Positions 40,261-49,852 of a stretch of 64,000 nt of DNA are shown in pieces; position 1 is the stretch's first letter; each line of letters opens with the position of its first letter. Where the stretch lies: positions 800,001 through 864,000 of the forward strand of contig CAXXQS010000001.1 in the NCBI GenBank assembly GCA_963674735.2, read 5' to 3'. Under the pieces are notes generated by a model. The model saw nothing but the letters and a program-made list of their open reading frames with translations. It was not told where the DNA came from and searched no databases. The DNA is from Myxococcota bacterium (GTDB lineage Bacteria; Myxococcota_A; SURF-8). The position numbers and the translations under genes were made by a program.

Positions 40261-41094
40261 CTTTGCGCCCGGCCAAGGAAAATTCCAAGCGCAAATCCCT
40301 CAGACGAAACGCGCCGGACGGCGGGAATTATTGCGGTATAAATACGCCAAGGTCGGCCGTGAAGGCGGAGGGCAGGGCGGTCTCGGAGGGTACTGGGAAT
40401 CACATGTTATTTGCAGGCGTGCTCTTTGCAACAGTCCGATATTACAGGGTATATTTCCGCATTTGCCCCGCTTTTCCGTTCGTATTTCGACGCTATTTAG
40501 CCAAAATCGAAAAAAGTGTGTGATAACAACGGGCTAGGGATTCGTCTTCTAAATGTAGCCAGAATAGTATATTCAATATAACAAAATGGCCGGTTGGTTT
40601 TGCGTCAGTTGGCGGTTTTCGTCCGGGATGGATTCGAGATTGGGACAGAGGACAACGGCGGCTAACAAGATGTAATCAGGGCGAAAACGCGTATTGCGAA
40701 ACCGTCGGGCTCCGCTGCGATCCCGATCGAACGGGATGGGTCGGCCTTCATTCGGTCGGTGGGCGTGTGACGTATTACGGCAATCCCGGTAATCCGATCG
40801 GAATAAGACTTGGCCCCTCGAAATGAAGGCGAAAACGTCAATGATTTCAACAAAAGCAAAAAAGGCCTCCGTCAAACGGCGCAGTGAGCGCATCGAACGC
40901 ATCGAGGACGGACGCGGCAAAGCGGCCAATTTAGGGGGTGTGCGACGCTTTTTGCATATACGACAATTTTCGCGTGTCGCGGCGAAAAAGCGAAAGGGCG
41001 CAGCGGGCGAAAACCGGACGTTTCGCTCTGCGGAAATCGCGTGCCGTTTGTTTAGACTGCAAGCCGCGCGAAAGGCAACGACAGGCGAGGGCGG

Positions 41095-43182
41095 TCAGCC
41101 GGGAATGCGGCCTTGCATGTCTTTGGGTAGAAGTGGTGACGGCTCGCGCCAACAGAACAGCCAGAGTTGGTGAATGGCGCGGGATGCGCCCACATGCAGC
41201 ATGTGGCGGCTCAAGATGTTGTCGGGGAAGGTCTGGCGGTCGACATGCAGCAGAATGACGTAATCGAATTCGAGCCCCTTGGTTTGGGCGATATCCGTAA
41301 TTTCAATGCCGGGACCGAAGGAGAATTCCTGGTCGTGAATGCGCGCCAGGTTGGGCAGGCCGGTGTGTTGCAGGGCGCGGTAGACCTCATCCGCCTGACC
41401 CGCATGGCGACACAAAAGCGCCACGCCCGCATTGGGTTCGCGCTCCATCAGATCGGACAGCGATTCCGCCAGAAACGTCATGGCCTCGCCGATCCCGCCG
41501 CAACGGAACAGTTCCACCGGCTGTCCGCTGCGCTGCGCCTTGGGGGCGACTTCCGGCGCGAGCGAGCCGAGGACGTGCTGGGAGAAGGCCATGATTTCGG
41601 CGGTCGAGCGATAGCTGATTTCCAAAACGCCGGAGCTGATGTTTTTCGGTTTCAGGATGTCGAGCACCTCGCGCCAGTCGCTGAACTCGTGTTGCTCCAT
41701 GACCTGCTGTGCGCGGTCGCCCGCCAGCGTCACCGACTCGTTGCGGGCGGTCTGCAACAGCACCAGCAGTTCGATGGGGCTGAAATCCTGCACCTCATCG
41801 ATCATGAGGTGGTCGTAGCGGAGCGGCTGCTGGGGATTGATGTGCAGTTGGCCGCGCGTCAATTGATACAAGCGCAGCAGGATCATGTCGTCTTCGCGGT
41901 CGTAGGTGGGCCAGTCTTCGTCGTTCGGTCCTCCGCCTTCGACGCGCCAGAAATGGCGGTCGCTGCACCAGCGGTGAATCATATCGAGTTCGTTGGATGA
42001 AAACGCGCCGGGCGCGTGGCGTTCCACTCCGGCTTGCATCCACGAGCGGTCGGTGAGCAGTTCGTCGAACAGGTCTTCGACTTTCATCTCTCGGTGACGG
42101 GCGGCCGCCTCTTCCAGCATGGGGATCAAGCAGCGGTGTGTCTTGAAGCGGATCACCGGGGTGGGGGTGTCGTCGCTGTACTGGGTGACCAGCCCCGGCA
42201 GAAGCCGCCGCCGCATGAACGCGGCCCAGTCCTGCAAGGTGCGCACTTGCACGCCGCGAATGCCGAGCGCCGGCAACACGCGCGAGATGTAACGCGAGAG
42301 GGCGCGGCTGAACATCAGAATCAGGATTTGGTGCGGGCGGTAACGTTTGCGATTGAGGAAATTGAGGTAGGCGATGCGATGCAAAGCCACCGTCGTTTTG
42401 CCCGATCCGGCGCTGCCTTCGACGATCACGATGCCGCTGTCGGGCTGGGTAATCAATTCGAACTGCTCGCGGTCGAGTAAACCGGCGATATCCATCAAGT
42501 ATTTGTCGCCGCGCAGCTCGCGGCCGTCGCGCCCGTGGCCCAGCGACAACCCGGTGGTGTCGGGACGATCGGCCGTTCCTTCGCCGCCTTGCAGCAGCGT
42601 TTCGGCTTGCGGGGTATGGCTCCAGCCGTCGGAACCTCGGAAAAAGACGCCCTGCGGCGAGGCGACGCGCATCAGGCGGCCATCGAGAATGGTGAGGTTG
42701 CGACGCGATTCGATGACACCGCTCATTTCGCGGTCGGCGATCCATTCATCGAATTCGTCGTTTTCGCGCCAGTGGTAAAACACGCGTGATATCGGGGCGT
42801 TGCGCCAATCGACGATGCGGACTTTGCCCTCGATGAAGGTGGATTTACCGATCATGATGTCGCGCGGGCGGCCGTCTTCCGGGCGATAGCGCATGTGCGC
42901 GAAATAGGGGTTGTCGATGTCGATTTCTTGGGTGTTGAAACGGTTTTGACGGGCTCGCAGCGCCTCGACGCGTTCCATTTCATCCATCAGAACGGCCTGG
43001 TCGTCGAGCTGTTTTTCTTCGGCCATTTCGTCGCGCAGGCGCATCAACTCCTGTTCGTAATTCTTCACGAATCGCCGCTGACTGGTGCGCGCCAAGGTTT
43101 CCTGTACGCTTTCGAGCAGGGTTTCCTCTTCCGCAATAACCGGATGATCGGCGTAGTTGTTTTTCCTGATCTTAGAGGACAT
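41095..43182 (-). CDS. UvrD/HelD-like superfamily I ATPase
   Basis: PYFAHM and IVDWRNAPISRVFY (HelD-like N-terminus); GSAGSGKTTVALHRIAYL, DEVQD, SYRST and KGLEFD motifs. Confidence 0.88.
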   Translation of the reverse strand: MSSKIRKNNYADHPVIAEEETLLESVQETLARTSQRRFVKNYEQELMRLRDEMAEEKQLDDQAVLMDEMERVEALRARQNRFNTQEIDIDNPYFAHMRYRPEDGRPRDIMIGKSTFIEGKVRIVDWRNAPISRVFYHWRENDEFDEWIADREMSGVIESRRNLTILDGRLMRVASPQGVFFRGSDGWSHTPQAETLLQGGEGTADRPDTTGLSLGHGRDGRELRGDKYLMDIAGLLDREQFELITQPDSGIVIVEGSAGSGKTTVALHRIAYLNFLNRKRYRPHQILILMFSRALSRYISRVLPALGIRGVQVRTLQDWAAFMRRRLLPGLVTQYSDDTPTPVIRFKTHRCLIPMLEEAAARHREMKVEDLFDELLTDRSWMQAGVERHAPGAFSSNELDMIHRWCSDRHFWRVEGGGPNDEDWPTYDREDDMILLRLYQLTRGQLHINPQQPLRYDHLMIDEVQDFSPIELLVLLQTARNESVTLAGDRAQQVMEQHEFSDWREVLDILKPKNISSGVLEISYRSTAEIMAFSQHVLGSLAPEVAPKAQRSGQPVELFRCGGIGEAMTFLAESLSDLMEREPNAGVALLCRHAGQADEVYRALQHTGLPNLARIHDQEFSFGPGIEITDIAQTKGLEFDYVILLHVDRQTFPDNILSRHMLHVGASRAIHQLWLFCWREPSPLLPKDMQGRIPG

Positions 43183-43269
43183 CAAAGCAGCTCCACAGCA
43201 AACAAAGCCAGAATCTATACACCATCGCGGAGGCGATTTCCATAGCAAAAGTCGGGTTGCCGCGCTTTT

Positions 43270-44103
43270 TCATCGTTTTTCACCCGCGGGCGGTCTTTCT
43301 TCCATCGGCGGCGACGCGGGAAGCAAAACGGCGTGGGGCGACGCGAGCGACGCCTCCAGATGCGCGACGCGATAATGGGTTTGCTGCGCCAGTTCGCGGA
43401 TGTCGGATTCCGAAAAAAGATGAATCAAGCCCAGGTAAGGATCGTAAAAAACCGGCTCCCGTTTCATATACGGCCGAAACGGCTCCAGCCGATGGCGCAG
43501 CGCCTTGCGTTCGCGGCCCAGTTCCGGTTGGCTGAGCCAGCTTAGCAGAACCGGACCGCGCGGGCAGAGTTCCCGTAGTTTTTCCAGCAGCTTGCGGTGG
43601 GTGGCGGCGTCGGCGACATGCGCCAGGCTGCCCCAGCCCAGAATGACCGCATCGTAGGGCGCAAAGGCCGAAAGGGAGGCGGGGTTTGCAATCAGACCCG
43701 CGTAATCGCAGATTTCATAGCCGAGCAGCCGCTCGGTCGGAACATGCTGCGGGATGGTCTGCGCCAGTTCCCGCGCGGGATCGAATCCGGCAACCTCGTA
43801 GCCTGCGTTGGCGAGCGCCACCATTTCACGTCCCCCGCCCGCGCCGCCGACCAGCACGCGCCCCGGCGGTTTCGGAAAAAACGCGTGAATGGCGGCCTTT
43901 TCCCAGTCGAACAGCTCCAGATTGTGGGCGTCGGAGGCGAAAATGGGAGTGCGCCGATAGGCGTGCACGGTGATTTCCGGCCAGTCGCATGAGCGGACCA
44001 ACTGCGGGACGCCTTCCAGCCAGGCCGCGCGCAGCCAAAGTTGCGCTTTGGGCAGGCGGTCGAGCACCAGCCGGTCGATCCATGTCATCCACTGTCGGGC
44101 CAC
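43270..44103 (-). CDS. Class I SAM-dependent methyltransferase-like protein
   Basis: RVLVGGAGGGRE motif I; GFDP; YDAVILGWGS. Confidence 0.75.
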   Translation of the reverse strand: MARQWMTWIDRLVLDRLPKAQLWLRAAWLEGVPQLVRSCDWPEITVHAYRRTPIFASDAHNLELFDWEKAAIHAFFPKPPGRVLVGGAGGGREMVALANAGYEVAGFDPARELAQTIPQHVPTERLLGYEICDYAGLIANPASLSAFAPYDAVILGWGSLAHVADAATHRKLLEKLRELCPRGPVLLSWLSQPELGRERKALRHRLEPFRPYMKREPVFYDPYLGLIHLFSESDIRELAQQTHYRVAHLEASLASPHAVLLPASPPMEERPPAGEKR

Positions 44104-44250
44104 GTATTATCTCCCTCCAAAATCGCCAAGCCAGATATATTAGCATGAGATGTGGGCGTTGTCATCGTTGTTGTGGGCTTGGTTTTGCTTGCGTTGCCCG
44201 ACCTTTTCGGCTAGAGTGCATGGCCGTTCGGATCGGCGGAAGAAGGTAAA

Positions 44251-45423
44251 ATGTCTGAAAATCAAACGAAATTCTTTGTTTCCTGTCCCATCGGATGCGA
44301 GCCCTACCTGACCGATGAACTCAACGCCCTGGGTTGCGATGTGGTCACACCCGAGCGCAACGGCGTCACATTCGAGGGTGGGCCGGACCAAGCGCGCCAG
44401 GTGTGTATGTGGTCGCGCGTCGCCTCGCGCGTGCTTCAGCCCATCGCCGAAGTGCAGGCCGGGACGGCGGATATTCTGTACAAAGAATGCTACAAGATCG
44501 CCTGGGAAGAGTATCTCAGCGCCACCTCCACCTTCGCCATCCACGGTATCGGCATCTCGCAGCAGATTCGCCACTCGGGTTTTCTGGCGCTCAAGATAAA
44601 AGACGCCGTGGCCGATCACATGCGTCGCACCATCGGACGGCGTCCGGATGTGGATAAAAGCGATCCCGACGTGCGTTTCGTGGCCCGTCTGGACGGCGAC
44701 CGCTGCCTGCTCTTGCTCGACTGGAGCGGGATCAGCCTGCATAAACGCGGCTATCGTCTGCACGCCACCGAAGCGCCGATGAAGGAAAACCTTGCGGCGA
44801 CCTTGCTGATGGCGTTGGGCTATGACGGCGGGCAGCCTTTGTACGACCCCATGTGCGGCTCGGGAACGATCCTGATCGAAGCGGCGGAGATGGCGGCCGG
44901 TCTGGCTCCGGGACGGCGGGCCGCTTTCGGGTTTGAGCGTTGGCCGCGTTGGACGCGTGGCGAGAAGAATGCTTTTCGCGAGTGGAAAGCCGATATCGCG
45001 CAGCGCACATCGAGCAAAGGCGCCGTGATTTTCGGAGCGGACTGCGACTCGGCGGCGGTACGCGTGGCCAAGGAGCACGTTTCCTGGGCCGGGATGGAAA
45101 AGTCTGTGCGGGTCGAAAAACGCGATATCAGTAAGTTCCCGGACGGCTTCGAGGGGATGATCCTCACCAACCCGCCTTATGGGGAACGTTTAAGTCCCAA
45201 TGATAACGAGACGTTGCTTAGCTTGTACAGCCGCATGGGGGACATGTGGCGCGACTTGCCGAGCGCTAAAATCGGGGTTTTCTGCGCGCATAAGGAATTC
45301 AAGAAATCCTTCCATTTGAAGCCGCAAGAACAAGTCCGGCTGTTCAACGGTCCGCTGGCGACCGTTCTGTACATCTACGAAGTTGGACGCCTCTACGAAC
45401 GAAAGCTGAAAAAAGAAAGCTGA
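44251..45423 (+). CDS. THUMP-domain RNA methyltransferase (RlmL-like)
   Basis: SLHKRGYR..APMKENLAA, DPMCGSGTILIEAA and NPPYGERL motifs. Confidence 0.9.
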   Translation: MSENQTKFFVSCPIGCEPYLTDELNALGCDVVTPERNGVTFEGGPDQARQVCMWSRVASRVLQPIAEVQAGTADILYKECYKIAWEEYLSATSTFAIHGIGISQQIRHSGFLALKIKDAVADHMRRTIGRRPDVDKSDPDVRFVARLDGDRCLLLLDWSGISLHKRGYRLHATEAPMKENLAATLLMALGYDGGQPLYDPMCGSGTILIEAAEMAAGLAPGRRAAFGFERWPRWTRGEKNAFREWKADIAQRTSSKGAVIFGADCDSAAVRVAKEHVSWAGMEKSVRVEKRDISKFPDGFEGMILTNPPYGERLSPNDNETLLSLYSRMGDMWRDLPSAKIGVFCAHKEFKKSFHLKPQEQVRLFNGPLATVLYIYEVGRLYERKLKKES

Positions 45424-45504
45424 AACCGGCGGCGTACCTTGCCCGGCGCGTTGGCGGATGCTAGTCTGGGCGTTTATTTCAATGCCTTTAGGAGCGATTC
45501 GCCT

Positions 45505-46650
45505 ATGACGCAATGGAGTTACGACGTCGGTCCGATTCGGCCGCCTTCCGAGGCCATGAGCCTGCTGGTGCGCCTCACGCGCAACTGTCCCTGGAACCGC
45601 TGCCGCTTCTGCGTTACCTACAAGGGATTCGATTTCGCGGTGCGTCCGCTCGACGAAGTTTGCGGGGACATCGACGCCATGGCGCGCATCGCCCGTCTGC
45701 TGTTCGATGTCACGCGCGAGCGAGGCGCGGAAGGGCGTCTGACGCAGGGCGCATTGGAACAGGTGGCCGAGATGGGCGTGCCCATCGAATACGCGCACCA
45801 GGTGGCGCTGTTTCTCAGCCGGGGCGGCCAAAACGTGTTCCTGCAAGACGGCAACAGCCTGGAGGCCCCGACGGAGATCGTCACCGCCGTTCTGCAGCAT
45901 GTATACGAGCGATTTCCGAGTGTGACGCGCGTGACGACCTACGCGCGCTCGATGACGCTGGCCAAACTGGGAGCCGAGAAGCTCGCTGCGGTTCGGCAGG
46001 CCGGTCTGACCCGCGTGCATGTCGGGCTGGAATCGGGCTGCGACGCCGTTCTCAAGCTCATCCGCAAAGGCGTGCTGGCCAAGCACCATATCGCCGGTGG
46101 ACGCGCCGCCATCGAGGCCGGGCTCGAATTGTCGGAGTATGTGATGCCCGGCGTGGGGGGCCGCGAATGGAGCGCCGCACACGCCCGCGATACCGCCGCC
46201 ACGCTCAACGCCATCGACCCGCACTTCATTCGCCTGCGCAGCTTCTATCCGATTCCCGGTTGCGGCCTGGACGAGGATCTGGAGGCCGGAACGTTCAGCC
46301 TGATGGATGAAGATGAAATCGTTCGGGAGATTCGCTCGATCGTGGACGGCTTGGAAGGAATCGGCAGCTATTTCGTCAGCGACCACGACCGCAATTTGTT
46401 GATGGATGTGGAAGGGCGGCTCCCCGACGACAAAGCGGCGATGTTGGCCGTGATCGACCGCTATCTCGGTTTGCCCGACGACGAGCGGCAGTTGTTTCGT
46501 ATCGGGCGACGCTTGGGCTATTTTGTGCATCTGGACGACCTGGAATCCCCGCTGCAACGTCCCCCGGCCAAACAGGCCCAAACGGAACTGGCGCAACGTT
46601 TCGGCGATGCCGACGAAGGCCTGCGGCAGGTGGCGCAGGTGCGCTTGTAG
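45505..46650 (+). CDS. Radical SAM protein
   Basis: GPIRPPSEA.SLL, CPWNRCRFC (CxxxCxxC), FLQDGN, HVGLESG and SDH..NLL motifs. Confidence 0.92.
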   Translation: MTQWSYDVGPIRPPSEAMSLLVRLTRNCPWNRCRFCVTYKGFDFAVRPLDEVCGDIDAMARIARLLFDVTRERGAEGRLTQGALEQVAEMGVPIEYAHQVALFLSRGGQNVFLQDGNSLEAPTEIVTAVLQHVYERFPSVTRVTTYARSMTLAKLGAEKLAAVRQAGLTRVHVGLESGCDAVLKLIRKGVLAKHHIAGGRAAIEAGLELSEYVMPGVGGREWSAAHARDTAATLNAIDPHFIRLRSFYPIPGCGLDEDLEAGTFSLMDEDEIVREIRSIVDGLEGIGSYFVSDHDRNLLMDVEGRLPDDKAAMLAVIDRYLGLPDDERQLFRIGRRLGYFVHLDDLESPLQRPPAKQAQTELAQRFGDADEGLRQVAQVRL

Positions 46651-46687
46651 GCGCGGCTTTGTGCCGGGATGCATCGCTGAAGCCGCT

Positions 46688-46712
46688 GGAGCCCACCGGA
46701 GACGCTTCAACA
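46688..46712 (-). repeat. REP-like element, family A (degenerate)
   Basis: GGAGCCCACCGGAGACGCTTCAACA resembles GGAGCCCGTCGGGAGACGCGCTCCAACA at 63153-63180. Confidence 0.65.
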
Positions 46713-47120
46713 CAAGAAATTCACGAAAAACAACCAAAATGTGATTTGTACGGCACCGAAGCGGCAAGTTCAGTTCTCGTTGGACCGCTTAAACGCAAGC
46801 GAGCGAATTTTACGGTCCATCGAACGCGGTTCAATGGGTTTGTAAGTATTATAAATAATTATTAATGCTAAATTATACTTGACATGCCTCGCCCGTGCTC
46901 TGATCATATGTAGGAAGGCTTGAAATCGCTGAGCCATGATGGCGTTTGGGGAGAAATGTGCGGTGGCCGCATCGGTGGCGGTTATGTATGCAATGTTGTT
47001 TTCTAAAAGTCCTTCAAAAAACCGGATTTCGATTGGCTATACGGAATGGGCCGAAGACGTTACAACGAAAAAGCGGATGACGAGGAACCTAGTATCAACA
47101 TCTGGAAAGGAGTGTTTGCC

Positions 47121-47708
47121 ATGTCGAATAAAATTTGTTTTTTTCTGATGGCGATCGCTTTTATCATGTCGGCTTGCAACTCCGATACGCCCGATGTAGG
47201 CAACACGAAAGAACTGCCGAGCTCCAACGGTGAAGCCGACGAAACGGGCGAGATCGGTTCCGGCACCTGCGCCGACATCGCCATCTTCGAGGCGTCATGT
47301 CCGATTGGCTGTCCGCTGGGCTACGCCCGAGACGCGAACAACTGCCGCCTGTGCGAATGCAATGAGAGCGGTCCTTTCCTCAATGACTGCCAGCCCCTGA
47401 CCTGCCCCGAGCGTTGTGAGGACTACATGCTCGATCCGAACGGCTGCTTCACCTGCAATTGCGGGAGGGCGGACGGCGACGGCGAAGGTGCCCCGGAAAA
47501 CCCCTGCGCCGACATCGCCATCTTCGAGGCGTCATGTCCGATTGGCTGTCCGCTGGGCTACGCCCGAGACGCGAACAACTGCCGCCTGTGCGAATGCAAT
47601 GAGAGCGGTCCTTTCCTCAATGACTGCCAGCCTCTGACCTGCCCCGAGCGCTGTGAGGACTACATGCTCGATCCGAACGGCTGCTTCACCTGCAATTGCG
47701 GGAGGTGA
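47121..47708 (+). CDS. Lipoprotein with four antistasin-like Cys modules
   Basis: AAGGAG RBS; lipobox MSAC; 2x CPIGCPLGYARDANNCRLCEC and 2x CPERCEDYMLDPNGCFTCNC. Confidence 0.8.
   Translation: MSNKICFFLMAIAFIMSACNSDTPDVGNTKELPSSNGEADETGEIGSGTCADIAIFEASCPIGCPLGYARDANNCRLCECNESGPFLNDCQPLTCPERCEDYMLDPNGCFTCNCGRADGDGEGAPENPCADIAIFEASCPIGCPLGYARDANNCRLCECNESGPFLNDCQPLTCPERCEDYMLDPNGCFTCNCGR
47266..47705 (+). repeat. Near-perfect 203-bp intragenic duplication (47266-47468 and 47503-47705)
   Basis: Only two synonymous differences seen; period 237 bp. Confidence 0.92.
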
Positions 47709-47756
47709 GGAAAACGACGTATCGGGGGAGCCTTCGATAAAATTTCGCTTCCCCAG

Positions 47757-47782
47757 GTTGGAGCGCGTCTCCGACGGGCTCC
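47757..47782 (+). repeat. REP-like element, family A
   Basis: GTTGGAGCGCGTC-TCC-GACGGGCTCC hairpin; near-identical to the reverse complement of 63153-63179. Confidence 0.8.
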
Positions 47783-47834
47783 GGCTCGATCTGCGGCAGG
47801 GGCCGTGACAACCCCTGATCGATACAAACAGAAT

Positions 47835-47928
47835 GGGTGGCATGGGCTAAGCGATCGCTTGCCCATGTGCAAGCTCTTCGAACACGGGCAAGCTCCATTC
47901 CATTTCGCTTGGCCCGTGGCACGCACCC
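47835..47928. repeat. REPIN-like element, family B
   Basis: GGGTGGCATGGGCTAAGC..GCTTGCCCATG plus CACGGGCAAGC..GCTTGGCCCGTGGCAC..ACCC; homologous to 21408-21483. Confidence 0.75.
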
Positions 47929-47944
47929 GTTGGAATGCCGCTCT

Positions 47945-48721
47945 TTAAACGAGGCGGATGGCTTTTCCCTTTGTCGTCTCGGCGGTTTCGTTTTCGACCT
48001 TGAATCGTTCCAGGATCTCTCCGCGAATGCCGATCTTAACCGCTTCCACCGGAAAATCGGTGTTGGCGAGCGTCTGCGCCTTCCGGATGATATGCAGCAA
48101 GCCGTTGCAGCAGGGAACTTCCATAATAGCGACTTGAATTCCGGCGATGGGATTCATCAAAATTTCCGCCAGCTTGGCGATCGATTCCTGGACGTTGTCG
48201 AGCTTGGGGCAGGTCATGACAACCGTATGACCCTTGATCAAGTCCTGATGCAGGGCCGGGAAGGCGGGCGCGACACAGTCGGCCAGCAGCAGCAGGGATT
48301 TGTTGTCGTAGAGCGGACCGACCGTTGGCAGCAGGCGCAGCTGGACTGGCCATTGGGTGAGTTGCGAAACGGGAGCCGCTTGTCCGGACGCGGCGGCGAT
48401 CGGTTGCGGGGCGTCGAACATGCGCTCCATCGAACTCGGGCAGCCGCAGGCCATGGTTTCGCCGCTGGATTCACCGCTTTGCTGCTTCAGATGCGTTTCC
48501 ACCGCGCTTTCGTCGAAAGCAGGCGCTTCGCGTTCGATCAGGGTGAGGGCGTCTTCCGGGCAGGCGCCGATACAGGCACCCAAGCCATCGCAGAAGATCT
48601 CGTTGACCACCTTTGCCTTGCCGTCGATGATGGCCAGGGCTCCTTCGGCGCAGTCCACCACGCAGGCTCCACAGCCGGTGCATTTTTCTTCGTCGATCTG
48701 GATGATTTTTCTAAGCGGCAT
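47945..48721 (-). CDS. 2x[4Fe-4S] ferredoxin-domain iron-sulfur protein (type usually found in hcp regulons)
   Basis: CTGCGACVVDC, CDGLGACIGACP, WPVQL, ADC, CPKLD and MEVPCC motifs. Start at MPLRKII. Confidence 0.88.
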   Translation of the reverse strand: MPLRKIIQIDEEKCTGCGACVVDCAEGALAIIDGKAKVVNEIFCDGLGACIGACPEDALTLIEREAPAFDESAVETHLKQQSGESSGETMACGCPSSMERMFDAPQPIAAASGQAAPVSQLTQWPVQLRLLPTVGPLYDNKSLLLLADCVAPAFPALHQDLIKGHTVVMTCPKLDNVQESIAKLAEILMNPIAGIQVAIMEVPCCNGLLHIIRKAQTLANTDFPVEAVKIGIRGEILERFKVENETAETTKGKAIRLV

Positions 48722-48741
48722 CGGGGTCTCCTTCTTTCGGC

Positions 48742-48996
48742 TCAACCGGCGTTTTCTTCGGCATCTTTCATTTGTTCGAGGAATTCCCGGTAGCGCGTTT
48801 CTCCCAGGCATTCCTTGGCGGCGCTGCACCAGGCGGCGCAGTTGGGCACCGATTCTTTCTCCACCACCGTTCCGCAGGCGGGACAGCGGCGGCGGAATTC
48901 GTCGGAAAAAATCTCCACCTCCGCTTGACAGCTCGGGCAACGATAATAGGCGGCTTTCAGCTTGCGCATGTCTTGTCCGGGGCAGCTCGGCATCAC
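48742..48996 (-). CDS. Small Cys-rich zinc-ribbon protein
   Basis: CPGQD, CPSC..VEIFSDE..CPACG and CAAWC..A.ECLG motifs; AGGAG RBS. Confidence 0.8.
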   Translation of the reverse strand: MMPSCPGQDMRKLKAAYYRCPSCQAEVEIFSDEFRRRCPACGTVVEKESVPNCAAWCSAAKECLGETRYREFLEQMKDAEENAG

Positions 48997-49051
48997 GAAC
49001 TCCTTTCTTCCTCATCCACGATCAGGATACCAAGACCCGTTTCGAGCCGCC

Positions 49052-49065
49052 TTGACTTTGGTCAA
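49052..49065. promoter_or_regulatory. HcpR/FNR-type box
   Basis: Perfect TTGAC-TTTG-GTCAA dyad upstream of the zinc-ribbon/ferredoxin genes, next to a Crp/Fnr gene. Confidence 0.8.
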
Positions 49066-49079
49066 GTTAACAGCGTTTT

Positions 49080-49784
49080 TTATTCGGCGGTTTCGCTGAA
49101 GGGATAGGCGCGTCGCCACATCGCATCGGCGTCCACAATGACGATTTCCTTGCCGTTGCGCTTGAGCATGCCTTCCTTTTCCAGGCGGGCGAAACTGCGC
49201 GAGAGGGTTTCGGGGACCGTCCCGATGATGTTGGCGATGGTGGCCTTCGTGAGCTCGGGCGTGAAGACCGCGCCGTCGATGAAGGCGAGGCGGCTTTGCT
49301 GGATCTGTTCGATCAGATAACGCGACAGACGGGCCGCGACGTCATCGAGAACCAAAAGGGACGTGCGGTCGACCAGCGTGCGGATCCATTTGGCTTGTCC
49401 GGCCAGCATGGTGCGCGCCACATCCGGGTTGGCGTCGATCAGGCGATTGAAAGGACCGCGTGGGATGGCGATGAGCAGGGTCGGGCTCAAGGTTTGGGCG
49501 CTGGCGGGGTAGAGGGGCATGGCCAGAACCGCCACTTCGGCAAAGCTTTCACCTTCTCCGACCACATGCAAAATCTGCTCGCGCCCTTCGGCGGAAGGCT
49601 GGAAGACCTTCACCCGGCCCGCCTCGACCAGATAAAACGCTTCGGCATCCTCCCCGGCGGAAAACAGCAACGTTCCGGCCGGATGGCGCATGGCGTTGCA
49701 ACGGGCAGACAGGTCGGACAGCTTGTTTTCCGGGACTCCGTTAAAAAGGGGAAAACGGCGCAAGCGCGCGGATAAAAGTGGCAT
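49080..49784 (-). CDS. Crp/Fnr family regulator (HcpR-like)
   Basis: cNMP-like domain GREQILH..GESFAE; HTH IANIIGTVPETLSR. Confidence 0.92.
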   Translation of the reverse strand: MPLLSARLRRFPLFNGVPENKLSDLSARCNAMRHPAGTLLFSAGEDAEAFYLVEAGRVKVFQPSAEGREQILHVVGEGESFAEVAVLAMPLYPASAQTLSPTLLIAIPRGPFNRLIDANPDVARTMLAGQAKWIRTLVDRTSLLVLDDVAARLSRYLIEQIQQSRLAFIDGAVFTPELTKATIANIIGTVPETLSRSFARLEKEGMLKRNGKEIVIVDADAMWRRAYPFSETAE

Positions 49785-49852
49785 GAACCCATCCTCTACA
49801 AGTGTGGATATGCCGTAGCTTAGCGCATTTGCCGAAAGATGCCAATGTCATC

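Noticed and set aside
47945-49015. 356-aa fused ORF
   Set aside because: The N-terminal extension overlaps the real 48742-48996 gene in another frame; the true start is at 48721.
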